From the IMG/VR virus record IMGVR_UViG_3300048849_000141, positions 1 through 43,177 of that record: a stretch of 43,177 nt of DNA; one strand, written 5' to 3'. The position numbers were made by a program, and so were the translations under genes. This DNA comes from a virus (taxonomy: Duplodnaviria > Caudoviricetes). The notes beneath the pieces were generated by a model. The model was not told where the DNA came from. It searched no databases and worked only from the letters and a program-made list of their open reading frames with translations. Positions 34,522-43,177 of the stretch are shown piece after piece (position 1 is the stretch's first letter; the number at the start of each line of letters is the position of its first letter).

Positions 34522-35588
34522 ATAATACAGTCATTCTCCGGGTGAACGGTCAGGAGTGGGGCGGCTGGACTTCGGTACGGATCGCCGCCGGTATTGAGCG
34601 TATTGCCCGCGACTTCACCGTTGAGATTACCCGCAGCTGGCCCGGCGATACTGATCAGGCTAACCGCAGCAACCGGATTAAAAACGGTGACCTTGTGGAA
34701 GTCCTGATTGGCACCGATAAGGTGCTGACTGGCTACGTTGAAGCGACGCCGGTCCGGTATGACGCCCGCAGCATCAGCGTGGGAATATCCGGGCGCAGTA
34801 AAACAGCTGATCTCATCGACTGCTCGGCCATGCCATCGCAGTATGCCGGGCGTTCACTGGCGCAGGTTGCCACTGAGCTGGCTAAACCTTTCAGCATCAC
34901 GGTGGTGGATGCAGGTGGCGCGACAGGCGCTCTTCAGGGCATTCAGGCAGACCAGGGTGAAACGGTCATGGATGTGCTCAACAAAATGCTCGGACTGCAG
35001 CAGGCGCTGGCGTATGACAACGCGCTGGGTAATCTGGTTATCGGCGGCATCGGCAGCCAGCAGGCGTATACCGCGCTGGTTCTGGGTGAAAACATCCTTT
35101 CCTGTGACACGGAAAAGAGCATCCGGGACCGATTCAGCGACTATCAGGTGTCCGGTCAGCGCAAGGGCAACGATGACGACTTTGGCGAGGCCACGACTAC
35201 GGCTATTCGTTCAAAAACTATTGATGGCGGCCTGAAGCGTTACCGCCCGATGATTATCCGCCAGACCGGCAACGCCACCACCGCAACCTGCAGCGCACGC
35301 GCAGTGTTTGAGATGCGCCAGCGTGCTGCTCGCACCGATGAGGTGACCTACACCGTGCAGGGCTGGCGGCAGGGTGACGGCTCACTCTGGCTGCCAAACC
35401 TGCAGGTGATCGTCTTTGACCCCGTTCTGGGCTTTAACAACCGGCAGATGGTGATCGCTGAGGTGACCTATCAGCAGGATGAAAACGGCACCGTGACCGA
35501 AATCCGGGTCGGGCCGCCAGATGCTTATCTCCCTGAGCCAGCAAAACCCGGCAAGCGTAAGAAAAAGAAAGAAGAGGATGATTTCTGA
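34518..35588 (+). CDS. Baseplate hub (Mu gpP/gp44-like)
   Basis: GWTSV.I...IE..AR.F; GRSKTADLIDCS; TVQGWRQ..G.LW. Confidence 0.9.
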   Translation: MNNTVILRVNGQEWGGWTSVRIAAGIERIARDFTVEITRSWPGDTDQANRSNRIKNGDLVEVLIGTDKVLTGYVEATPVRYDARSISVGISGRSKTADLIDCSAMPSQYAGRSLAQVATELAKPFSITVVDAGGATGALQGIQADQGETVMDVLNKMLGLQQALAYDNALGNLVIGGIGSQQAYTALVLGENILSCDTEKSIRDRFSDYQVSGQRKGNDDDFGEATTTAIRSKTIDGGLKRYRPMIIRQTGNATTATCSARAVFEMRQRAARTDEVTYTVQGWRQGDGSLWLPNLQVIVFDPVLGFNNRQMVIAEVTYQQDENGTVTEIRVGPPDAYLPEPAKPGKRKKKKEEDDF

Positions 35589-36145
35589 TGGCTAACCCGA
35601 TTTCAGGTATGGGCCGTGCGCTGTCAAACCTTTTGGCGCGAGCAGTCGTTCGCGGTCTGAACACGGCCACAAAGTGCCAGATGCTGCAGGTTGAAATGGC
35701 GGGAGGCGAGGGCAAAAGCGATATTGAGCATATGGAGCCTTACGGATTTACGGCAGCGCCGCTCATCGGGGCTGAGGCTGTGGCCGCTTACTTTGACGGC
35801 GACCGGTCACATGGCGTGGTGCTGGTCGTCTCTGACCGGCGTTACCGCATCAAAGGTCTTGAGACTGGAGAGGTAGCAGTTTATGACGATCTGGGCCAGT
35901 CAGTCACTCTGACCCGCGCAGGCATCGTCGTCAACGGTGCAGGCAAGCCAATCACGTTCACCAATGCGACAAAGGCCCGGTTTGAAATGGACATTGAGGC
36001 GACTGGCGAGATCAAAGATAAATGTGACTCTTCCGGCCTGACCATGTCAGCCATGCGTACGGCCTACAACGGTCATACGCATAAAGAGAACGGCTCAGGT
36101 GGCGGCACTACCGACGCGACAACCCAGAAAATGGGGGAGCCATGA
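35588..36145 (+). CDS. Baseplate spike (Mu gp45-like)
   Basis: EH.EPYGFT; GDRSHGV; D.RYR..GL..GEVA.YD; HTH metal tip (GHTHKE). Confidence 0.9.
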   Translation: MANPISGMGRALSNLLARAVVRGLNTATKCQMLQVEMAGGEGKSDIEHMEPYGFTAAPLIGAEAVAAYFDGDRSHGVVLVVSDRRYRIKGLETGEVAVYDDLGQSVTLTRAGIVVNGAGKPITFTNATKARFEMDIEATGEIKDKCDSSGLTMSAMRTAYNGHTHKENGSGGGTTDATTQKMGEP

Positions 36146-36555
36146 TTATTGTGATTAACGGCGTTCAACGTGATGTTACTTGGCCTCCCGATCCTCTGAC
36201 GCGTGCCGTCATTATCTCACTGTTCTCCTGGCGAAAGGCTGAGCCTGACGACAGCCCGGAACAGGATAACGGCTGGTGGGGTGACAGCTTCCCGACCGTG
36301 CAAAACGACCGGATTGGCTCCCGCCTTTACCTTCTCAGCCGACAGAAACTCACCAATAAAACGCCGCTCAAAGCGCGCGAATATATCAGCCAGGCGCTTC
36401 AGTGGCTGGTGGATGACGGCATAGCGGTAAGGGTGGACGTGAAGGCTGAGCGGATCGGGATCACAACGCTCAGCGCTTCAATAGTTATCAGCCAGAAAGA
36501 CGGTAACCGCACGGCATTTTCCTTTGACGATTTATGGAGTGAACTTAATGGCTGA
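36142..36555 (+). CDS. Baseplate wedge (Mu gp46-like)
   Basis: AVIISLF..R.A...GWWGD...GSRL.LL.R.K. Confidence 0.9.
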   Translation: MIIVINGVQRDVTWPPDPLTRAVIISLFSWRKAEPDDSPEQDNGWWGDSFPTVQNDRIGSRLYLLSRQKLTNKTPLKAREYISQALQWLVDDGIAVRVDVKAERIGITTLSASIVISQKDGNRTAFSFDDLWSELNG

Positions 36556-37615
36556 CAGTGGATTTAACCGCCCGACACTCCCTCAGTTAATTACCACCGT
36601 CCGCAACGATATCCTGACCCGACTGGCTGCAGATTCAACGCTTGCGGCTCTGCGTCGTACCGATGCCGAAGTTTATGGACGTGTGCAGGCGGCGGCGGTG
36701 CATACCGTGTATGGCTACATTGACTATCTGGCACGCAATCTTCTACCGGACCTTGCGGATGAGGAATGGTTGACGCGCCACGCCAACATGAAGCGATGCC
36801 CGCGCAAAGCAGCTACGTCTGCAGAAGGTTTTGTGCGTTGGGCGGTTACAACGAATGGCATTCCGGTTCCGGCAGGTGTGACAATCCAGCGGGATGATCT
36901 CGTATCATTCACCACCACAGCCGCCGCTACTTCAGCTGGAGGTGTTCTCCGGGTGCCTGTTGTCTGTGACGAGTTAGGCAAAGCAGGTAACACGGACGAT
37001 GGCTTGGCTATGCGGCTGGTGAGTCCTATTACCGGCCTTACCTCAGCTGGCATGGCGGACAGCATTCAGGGCGGCGCTGACGTTGAAGATTTAGAAATAT
37101 GGCGCGCGCGCATCATTGAGCGCTGGTACTGGACCCCGCAGGGCGGCGCTGACGGTGATTATGAGGTATGGGCTAAAGAGGTAACTGGCGTCACGCGCGC
37201 CTGGACGTACCGGCACTGGAGCGGTCGGGGAACGGTGGGAGTGATGGTGGCGAACAGCGACCTAATCAATCCGATTCCCGATGCAACTACTGTTGCCGCC
37301 GTCAAAGCATATATAGAACCTCTGGCCCCGGTGGCCGGAGCCGATATCTACGTGTTCGCGCCTACGCCACACACCGTGAATTTTCAGATACGACTCAACC
37401 CTGATACAGCGGCTGTACGATATGCCGTTGAGGCTGAGCTGCGTTCTATGATGCTGCGAGATGGGGGACCGGAAAGCGTGCTTAAGCCGTCACGTATCAG
37501 CGAGGCCATCAGCATTGCAACGGGCGAGTACAGCCATACGCTGGTCGGTCCGGCAGCTGATATCCCCATCGGGAAAGGCGAGGTGGGCGTGGTGGGGACA
37601 ATCTCATGGACTTAA
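36548..37615 (+). CDS. Baseplate J-like protein (Mu gp47-like)
   Basis: F.RPTL..L; GGAD.E; PQGGA..DY..WA.EV.GVTRAW. Confidence 0.92.
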   Translation: MADSGFNRPTLPQLITTVRNDILTRLAADSTLAALRRTDAEVYGRVQAAAVHTVYGYIDYLARNLLPDLADEEWLTRHANMKRCPRKAATSAEGFVRWAVTTNGIPVPAGVTIQRDDLVSFTTTAAATSAGGVLRVPVVCDELGKAGNTDDGLAMRLVSPITGLTSAGMADSIQGGADVEDLEIWRARIIERWYWTPQGGADGDYEVWAKEVTGVTRAWTYRHWSGRGTVGVMVANSDLINPIPDATTVAAVKAYIEPLAPVAGADIYVFAPTPHTVNFQIRLNPDTAAVRYAVEAELRSMMLRDGGPESVLKPSRISEAISIATGEYSHTLVGPAADIPIGKGEVGVVGTISWT

Positions 37616-38187
37616 CAGCGCAGTACCGGCAAATGCTGGGTGCGCTGCTGCCGCGTGGCCCGGCATGGGACAGTGACGACCTGCTGCTGACCGGCCTGGC
37701 ACCCTCGCTTTCAGCAGTACACGGACGCGGCGATGCGTTGATGTTGGAAACAGACCCGCGCTCTGTAACCGAGCTCATGGATCGTTATGAATCAATCAGC
37801 GGATTACCCGACTCCTGCGCACCGCCTGGTATCCAGACACTTCAGCAGCGCAGGCAGCGCCTGGATGCAAAGCTGAATCTTGCTGGTGGCATAAACGAAG
37901 CCTTCTATCTGGCTCAGCTTCAGGCGCTGGGTTATACCGGTGTCACCATCACCCGATACAAAAAAAGCCAGTTTACCTGCCTGTCAGTCTGCACCGACTC
38001 GCTTTACAGCGATGAGTGGCGTTATTACTGGCGCGTCAATATGCCATCTGCGACAAATGTTTCATCAATGACGGCTATCAGTGCCTGTACAGACAGTATC
38101 CGCTCATGGGGTGATACCACTGCAGAGTGCGTGCTAATAAAACTGGCACCCTCACACACCTACTTAATTTTCAGATATCCGGAGTAA
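37606..38187 (+). CDS. YmfQ/DUF2313 baseplate protein (Mu gp48-like)
   Basis: LLPRGPAW...E.DPR...GLPD.C; EC...KLAPSHT. Confidence 0.9.
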   Translation: MDLTAQYRQMLGALLPRGPAWDSDDLLLTGLAPSLSAVHGRGDALMLETDPRSVTELMDRYESISGLPDSCAPPGIQTLQQRRQRLDAKLNLAGGINEAFYLAQLQALGYTGVTITRYKKSQFTCLSVCTDSLYSDEWRYYWRVNMPSATNVSSMTAISACTDSIRSWGDTTAECVLIKLAPSHTYLIFRYPE

Positions 38188-38189
38188 AC

Positions 38190-39080
38190 ATGCATCGTAT
38201 CGACACGCCTACTGCGCAAAAAGATAAATTTGGCGCGGGTAAGAATGGCTTTACAGGGGGCAATCCACAAACTGGCGAACTGCCTACCGCACTTGATCAG
38301 GACTTTTTTGACAGCATTCAGGAAGAAATCATTGCGCCTATTGAAGCCGCGGGTCTGACGCCGGATAAAAGTAAACGTAACCAGCTGCTGGATGCCATCA
38401 GAAAATTATTATCTGCTCCCAGCAATATTAAAAAGCTTACCGCTTCAGGTAACTTCACTGTGCCACCGGGCATTACCACTCTTTACTTAACAGGGTGTGC
38501 AGGCGGCGGCGGTGGTGGAGGTGGTTCCAGCTCAAACAACAATAGCTCTGCATCAACTTCTGGTGGATCAGGTGGGGCTGGGCAGGCGGCGATTAAAGTA
38601 CCTGTCACTGTAACGCCTGGTCAGGTAATTTCTTATACGATTGCGAGCGGAGGAGCGGGGGGGGCTGGTGGTGCTACAGGCATCAATGGAAACTCAGGAG
38701 CATCTGGTGGAAGTACAGTTTTTGGTTCACTTCTAACTCTAAGTGGCGGTTCCGCTGGAGGCCCTGGAGTTTATGGCACCACCACAATAAATGGTGGCTC
38801 AGGTGGAGCTGGGTTCCCATCAGGTGGTAATGGCATGTCTGCAGTTCCAACAGGTACCAATTTTGTGATTTATGCTTCAGGTGGTGCCGGGGCATCGACT
38901 GCGTTTGGTGGTGGGGGCGCTGCTGGTATTGCTGGCGGCGCTTCGTCAACGCCAGGGGGCGATGCCTTTGGCTATGGCGCATCAGGAGGCGGCGGCGGAG
39001 CATTTATAACGTTAGGTCAGACTGGTACTGGGAAAAATGGCGGGGCAGGTGCTCCTGGTATTCTTATTGTCGAGTGGTAA
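38190..39080 (+). CDS. Short tail fibre with glycine-rich distal domain
   Basis: MHRIDTPTAQKDKFG.GKNGFT.G conserved N-terminus; GGGGGGG...GAPGILIVEW C-terminus. Confidence 0.85.
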   Translation: MHRIDTPTAQKDKFGAGKNGFTGGNPQTGELPTALDQDFFDSIQEEIIAPIEAAGLTPDKSKRNQLLDAIRKLLSAPSNIKKLTASGNFTVPPGITTLYLTGCAGGGGGGGGSSSNNNSSASTSGGSGGAGQAAIKVPVTVTPGQVISYTIASGGAGGAGGATGINGNSGASGGSTVFGSLLTLSGGSAGGPGVYGTTTINGGSGGAGFPSGGNGMSAVPTGTNFVIYASGGAGASTAFGGGGAAGIAGGASSTPGGDAFGYGASGGGGGAFITLGQTGTGKNGGAGAPGILIVEW

Positions 39081-39083
39081 ATT

Positions 39084-39281
39084 ATGTCCAATTACGCAAT
39101 GATAAAGTCAGGTGATATTGAAGTTTTCAATACCATTGTTGCAGATGACTCATTTTCTATGGATGGATTTTATTTTGTCGAAATTGGAAATGATGTTTTC
39201 TGCCAGATAGGAATGTTTTATAACGAAGCTGATGGCCTTTTTTATGATGACAAAAAATTCACTAAAATAAATGAGACTTAA
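39084..39281 (+). CDS. Small acidic protein, putative fibre partner/chaperone
   Basis: YA.I....V.NTIV...IG..Y...DG.F pattern; directly after the fibre. Confidence 0.65.
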   Translation: MSNYAMIKSGDIEVFNTIVADDSFSMDGFYFVEIGNDVFCQIGMFYNEADGLFYDDKKFTKINET

Positions 39282-39311
39282 AAAGCCCTTCACTATTCAA
39301 GGATAGGGGCG

Positions 39312-40403
39312 CTAGCCCCTTTCTGAAGTGATGGGGTTTTTCCGGGTTAATGAAATTATCAATTTTGCCACTGGCTTTTCGTAAGTCACGTGTATCAGTA
39401 GTGATAGTATAATAGCCATGATTAAAAAGGTAGGCAACAGTATAAGAAACTGTGTAAGTGATGCGTTTTGAGGTGAGTCTGTTATTTTAGTAATGGCAAT
39501 GGAAATAAATAATTGATGTATCATGTAAAGACAAAATGATGACTCTCCTAGAATAATCAATGCTCTATGTGATAGGAATTTTGAAATAGCACCTTCACTT
39601 ACAGCAAAAGTAAATATGATGAATGACATTGGGATGATATAGTACAGATCATATCGAAAACTTTTAGTAAACTGCGTTTTGATGGCAATAGCCATGAATA
39701 CTACCATGATAAGAATGCTAGCCACCTCAGCAGTGGTTCCTCTCAGGAGTGCTGCAATCTTCTTATCCTTTGAGTATTCATACAGATGATACAGGAGTAT
39801 GCCAGCGATAAAATCAACAGCTCTTGAAATGGGGTTGATGTAGTAACTCCACACCATGACGTCTCTGCTCTCGAATTCATACAAATGGCTAGCTACAAGC
39901 ATAAATATTAATACTAAAAAAAGTGACACTAAGTATTTGGGCTTTAGCAAGCTTAGGAAAAGAAATGAGACATAAAAAAATGCCTCTGTCGATATGCTCC
40001 ACGAAACAGCATTATAACCCCAGTATGTATGAGCTATTGGTATAAAGCTTTGCACTAAAAGGAGGTTGTAAATAATGGAGTTTTGCTGATCCATTATCCA
40101 TGTGTTATTGAAGTAAAAACAGAAAAAAACCAGCATCAATAAATGCACCGGATAGATACGTGCAAATCGCTTCAGTAAGAAGTGAGAAGGAGTGTCTTTT
40201 TCATTCTTCTTTCCTTGGCTGTAAGAAATTATAAAGCCAGAAAGGATAAAGAAAAAACCAACCCACAGATATCCTTCAAAAAAAATAGGCCTCAAATAAA
40301 CAATTACGGAATTTGTGCTTTGCAGATATAGTTGGTTGTAATGAATGAGGAATACCCCCAAGGCTGCAAAAAATCTTAGAGATGTGAGAGGAGCTAATTT
40401 CAT
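39312..40403 (-). CDS. Acyltransferase-3 (OafA/Oac-like) surface-polysaccharide O-acetylase
   Basis: LTSLRFFAAL.V...H, VGFFFILSGFII, KRFARIYP, WSISTE..FY, LGE.SF.LY..H, YEKP; about 10 TMs; AT-rich. Confidence 0.92.
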   Translation of the reverse strand: MKLAPLTSLRFFAALGVFLIHYNQLYLQSTNSVIVYLRPIFFEGYLWVGFFFILSGFIISYSQGKKNEKDTPSHFLLKRFARIYPVHLLMLVFFCFYFNNTWIMDQQNSIIYNLLLVQSFIPIAHTYWGYNAVSWSISTEAFFYVSFLFLSLLKPKYLVSLFLVLIFMLVASHLYEFESRDVMVWSYYINPISRAVDFIAGILLYHLYEYSKDKKIAALLRGTTAEVASILIMVVFMAIAIKTQFTKSFRYDLYYIIPMSFIIFTFAVSEGAISKFLSHRALIILGESSFCLYMIHQLFISIAITKITDSPQNASLTQFLILLPTFLIMAIILSLLIHVTYEKPVAKLIISLTRKNPITSERG

Positions 40404-40489
40404 TTATAATTCCATTATCGAATTAAATATCCTAAAGCAAATATAACATCATAAGATAATTGCTTCCATTCTAAGATAAATCCGCATGC

Positions 40490-40511
40490 AAAAAAGCCCC
40501 GGCGACGGGGC
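40490..40511 (-). terminator. Rho-independent terminator
   Basis: Minus strand GCCCCG-TCGC-CGGGGCTTTTTT. Confidence 0.7.
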
Positions 40512-40635
40512 AGACAGTAGCGCGCCCATCTCAGTAGGCTGCGGGTCTGATTTGAGATTAGTCACTCAGCCCCGCAATCGCCAACTAAAAACCCTGCACC
40601 ATCAACCCCTTTACAAATCTGTGAACTGGTCAGCC

Positions 40636-40679
40636 TTGATCAAATCCATCGATTGATATTACTGTTTATCCATACAGTA
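40636..40679 (+). promoter_or_regulatory. SOS promoter with LexA box
   Basis: TACTGTTTATCCATACAGTA (40660-40679; CTG-N10-CAG) overlapping -10 TACTGT; -35 TTGATC. Confidence 0.85.
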
Positions 40680-40700
40680 TTTGTCTGGGGAGGATTAATC

Positions 40701-40940
40701 ATGCCGCGCGACTATGAAATCAAACATGCATTTATGAACGCTATGAGGCGAGAGCCGGGGCAGGGCGTTATTGTAACTACTCAGTAGTTTGTCCATCAGC
40801 TGGAGTTGCTTAACTGGCATTTCAGCCTGCGGGAGGCTAACCAGTGGATAAAGACAAATACGGTGACGTTCCGCGATGCATCAACGCAGGAGGGTGAGGC
40901 TAAGACCTACCGTCAGTTCAACCCGAACGGGGGTATCTGA
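40701..40940 (+). pseudogene. SOS-induced small phage protein interrupted by an in-frame TAG
   Basis: GGAGG RBS; MPRDYEIKHAF...VTTQ*FVHQL...NQWI...NPNGGI; 79 codons, stop at codon 29 (40785-40787). Confidence 0.7.
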
Positions 40941-40941
40941 G

Positions 40942-41265
40942 ATGGGATTTCCATCACCGGCCCAGGACTACACAGAACACCGAATTGATCTGAACAAAAT
41001 CCTGATGCCTCACCCGACTCACATGCTTATGATTGAGACTTCGGCCGGGTTCGCTATTGTTGACAGAGCAGCCCAAGGGCAGATAGGCGATAAAGTAGCA
41101 TTCCAGCTCGGAGACTATTCGCAATTGGGGAGATTGTTCAGAACAGGGATTATCACCTCAGACGGAGAAACAATCGACGGGGAGGGGCTGGAAGGGATTA
41201 TTGTGCTGGGAAAAGTGACGGCTGAGATAACGTCTGTATATGAGTCTTGCAGGCCGATAATCTGA
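40942..41265 (+). CDS. UmuD'-like (HumD-like) protein without catalytic dyad
   Basis: Begins MGFPSPAQDY.E.RIDLN, has IVDR and GKVT, but no GDSM or catalytic K. Confidence 0.75.
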   Translation: MGFPSPAQDYTEHRIDLNKILMPHPTHMLMIETSAGFAIVDRAAQGQIGDKVAFQLGDYSQLGRLFRTGIITSDGETIDGEGLEGIIVLGKVTAEITSVYESCRPII

Positions 41266-41387
41266 ACAAATTTCTTCATAATATTGCCCCATTACCGCCT
41301 CTAAGTTATTGAAAATATTGAGGCGGATTTTGGGGCTATGTTATGAAAATCTAGATTAATTGATTGATTTAACTGGTTAAAGCGCCT

Positions 41388-41447
41388 GATTTAAAATCCC
41401 TCGGCTGTAAGGCTGTGCGGGTTCAAGTCCCGCCCCGGGCACCATAT
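41388..41447 (+). repeat. attR core (displaced 3' half of leuZ)
   Basis: Identical to 381-440. Confidence 0.96.
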
Positions 41448-41497
41448 TTCTGCCGAAGAAAATCTAATAAAATAAAAGCAATATGCAGTAATGTCGT

Positions 41498-41520
41498 AAC
41501 CGCCCAAGGGCGGTTTTTTT
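41498..41520 (+). terminator. Original host leuZ terminator
   Basis: AACCGCC-CAAG-GGCGGTTTTTTT. Confidence 0.85.
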
Positions 41521-41591
41521 GTGCCTGCTATCTGGCGGATATGGCGACTGCAACCTCCGTTTAGCGGTATAAGCCGGCATCAAAGCCGGCA

Positions 41592-41930
41592 TCAGCCCCT
41601 GGAGCTGAATACCAGCTCATCATCAGTGTCACTCACCAGCACCATCCGTTGCGCCTCACCACTGGAAGAGACAAAGGTCACTTCATGGCCGATGCTGATA
41701 TCATCAAAGGCGTCGGTCGGCTGTGACTGCTTCCGGATCTCCAGTACCATCCGCGAGGGGTAGGGTTTATCATTAACCGTATCAATATGATAATTGGCGG
41801 TAAAATTCAGTTCGGGTTGATCAACCACGTAAAATTGTCCTGAAGGCATAGTCTTGACCTCTGCGTAATGTTGGCCATAAGTCCCGGTCGGAACAGGCTG
41901 CCTGAAACTTAAGGTTAGCTGAATAATCAA
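41592..41930 (-). CDS. Hypothetical host protein
   Basis: ORF beyond attR; start uncertain (MPSGQF likely). Confidence 0.5.
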   Translation of the reverse strand: MIIQLTLSFRQPVPTGTYGQHYAEVKTMPSGQFYVVDQPELNFTANYHIDTVNDKPYPSRMVLEIRKQSQPTDAFDDISIGHEVTFVSSSGEAQRMVLVSDTDDELVFSSRG

Positions 41931-42063
41931 TGCCTACAGGCGGCGGCACCTCTTTTTTGATTTCATACGACGGTTGCAAAAATACCTGCCGCTTGCGCTT
42001 GCCTGGTCAGAGAGTCGTACTACGCTTCTTGTTCACATAGCGCGGCTTTTCCAGGCACGCCAT

Positions 42064-42136
42064 TCGGGCATGGTATAAAGGTATTACTGCAACTCTTAAC
42101 GGGTTGACGATGCGGGTTCAACTCCTGCTGCCCGGT
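42064..42136 (+). ncRNA. tRNA-like element (atypical/pseudo-tRNA)
   Basis: TCGGGCA/TGCCCGG acceptor stem, GG-containing D loop, GCGGG-TTCAACT-CCTGC T arm; no CCA. Confidence 0.65.
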
Positions 42137-42319
42137 CCCTCTCCTGCATCTACGTTCATCTACGTTAACGCCAGCCTTATCCCTTTTGGGTTTCTGCCGA
42201 TCTATCCCAATTACATCCGATTTCACTCATTTTTGCGGCCTGTGTCGAACTCTGTAACCTGTTGAAACGTTGTGGTTTACCGTATTGTGGTGACTATTGT
42301 TTGCCGTCGCAGAGAATTA

Positions 42320-43177
42320 ATGCCAATGATTACACCTTCCACACCTGACTTAACTGAACCGGCGGTCCCTCCGGTTATCGGTGTTGTCGCCAGCCAGTTG
42401 CTCAATCCGTATCAACAAAAAATGCTGGACGAAGTGATGCGCCAGCTTAACGCGCGCGGTCTTATCTCGGTGCTACTGAGTGCCGAAACCGACGTCACAC
42501 TGACCGCACTCATCCGGCAGGCTACACCACTCGGGCTGCGTGGTTTGCTGTTACTCCCCGGTAACCGCGTTACTGATGCCTGCAATTTGCCAGTGCTTCA
42601 GATTGACGCTGAGCCTGAACTGCAGGCGGATGCACTGCGGGCGGGTGAGGTGACAGCGGAATTATTGCTTAAACAGGGGCATCAGCGGTTTGGCTTTATG
42701 CAGGCTCAGCCAGGCGAACTGGCGCAAAAACAGGGCTATCGCGCCGCCCTGCTGGCGGCGGGCACGGCGTTGAACGCCGAACTGACTGTGGGCAGTGATG
42801 ATCGTGACTGCGCTTATCAGGCGATGATGTCTTACCTGAAAAAGACACGTGCTGCTGAGCGTATCCAGGCACTCTTCTGTGAAAGCGATCTGATGGCCTT
42901 TGGAGCAATGCAGGCGATTCGGGATTTTGGTCAGGGTATCCATCTGGCAGTGGCAGGTTTTGGCGATAGTGAAGAAGCCCGCAGCTCAACCTGGCATCTT
43001 ACCAGCTGGTCACCTGACATCCGGCAGATCGCTGGCCGCGCGCTGGATCGCTGGCTGGGACAGCAGGCAGGCAACAGCAGTGCTGAAGAGCAGGAGCAAT
43101 TACAGCGGCGTCACTCTCACGCAGGCAAAGTGCTGCCGGGTGAGATGTCAGCCTGCGGCTGCGCCTTCCGGCATTAA
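42320..43177 (+). CDS. LacI-family ligand-binding domain protein lacking an HTH
   Basis: IGVV..L.NPY; LL.QGH.R.GF; ALFC.SD.MA.GAM; VAGFGD. Confidence 0.8.
   Translation: MPMITPSTPDLTEPAVPPVIGVVASQLLNPYQQKMLDEVMRQLNARGLISVLLSAETDVTLTALIRQATPLGLRGLLLLPGNRVTDACNLPVLQIDAEPELQADALRAGEVTAELLLKQGHQRFGFMQAQPGELAQKQGYRAALLAAGTALNAELTVGSDDRDCAYQAMMSYLKKTRAAERIQALFCESDLMAFGAMQAIRDFGQGIHLAVAGFGDSEEARSSTWHLTSWSPDIRQIAGRALDRWLGQQAGNSSAEEQEQLQRRHSHAGKVLPGEMSACGCAFRH

Larger units (their letters stand above)
381..41447. mobile_element. SfV/ST64B-like prophage (HK97-type head, Mu-type contractile tail) integrated in leuZ
   Basis: 60-bp direct repeat at both ends, integrase next to attL, and integration, immunity, replication, lysis, head and tail modules all present. 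Confidence 0.96.

Noticed and set aside
38190-39300. Diversity-generating retroelement or invertible fibre cassette
   Set aside because: No reverse transcriptase, TR/VR pair, invertase or inverted crossover sites seen.
40785-40787. Amber recoding or alternative genetic code
   Set aside because: Single case; TAG serves as a normal stop elsewhere in the phage and there is no suppressor tRNA.
41565-41596. AAGCCGGCATCA direct repeat after attR as arm sites of a second island
   Set aside because: No second integrase or further att copy in the window; at most a relic.

Overview
The window holds one apparently full-length temperate prophage of about 41 kb (381-41447). It is integrated into the 3' half of tRNA-Leu(TAA) of an enterobacterial glyW-cysT-leuZ operon and bounded by a 60-bp direct repeat. 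The architecture resembles SfV/ST64B/e14: int-xis, early-left operon, cI/cro with ACAC-N5-GTGAT operators, ymfL-ymfM-DUF4222-rep with iterons, PerC, ParB-like, RusA, Rha/ANT antirepressor, DUF968, Q, lysis cassette, HK97-type head, Mu-type contractile tail and a glycine-rich fibre. It also carries several AT-rich morons (membrane proteins, GrlR-like, acyltransferase-3) and a LexA-boxed UmuD'-like cassette. No N, cIII or Red/Gam gene is recognisable. The most striking unexplained signal is a repeated bipartite RNA element: a hairpin with a WTGCAG loop plus TGTGTGGAG overlapping the ribosome-binding site. It sits in front of xis, DUF1317, ymfM, the antirepressor and Q. A hairpin in the late leader displays the exact complement (TCTCCACACAC) in its loop, suggesting a phage-wide post-transcriptional regulon. 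Other points of note are a phage-supplied replacement for the leuZ 3'ETS sRNA sponge, a cluster of structured RNAs in the pL leader, Fur-like boxes near cos, strand-biased Chi sites, two likely lesions and a host tRNA-like element beyond attR. All family calls come from sequence recognition, not database searches.
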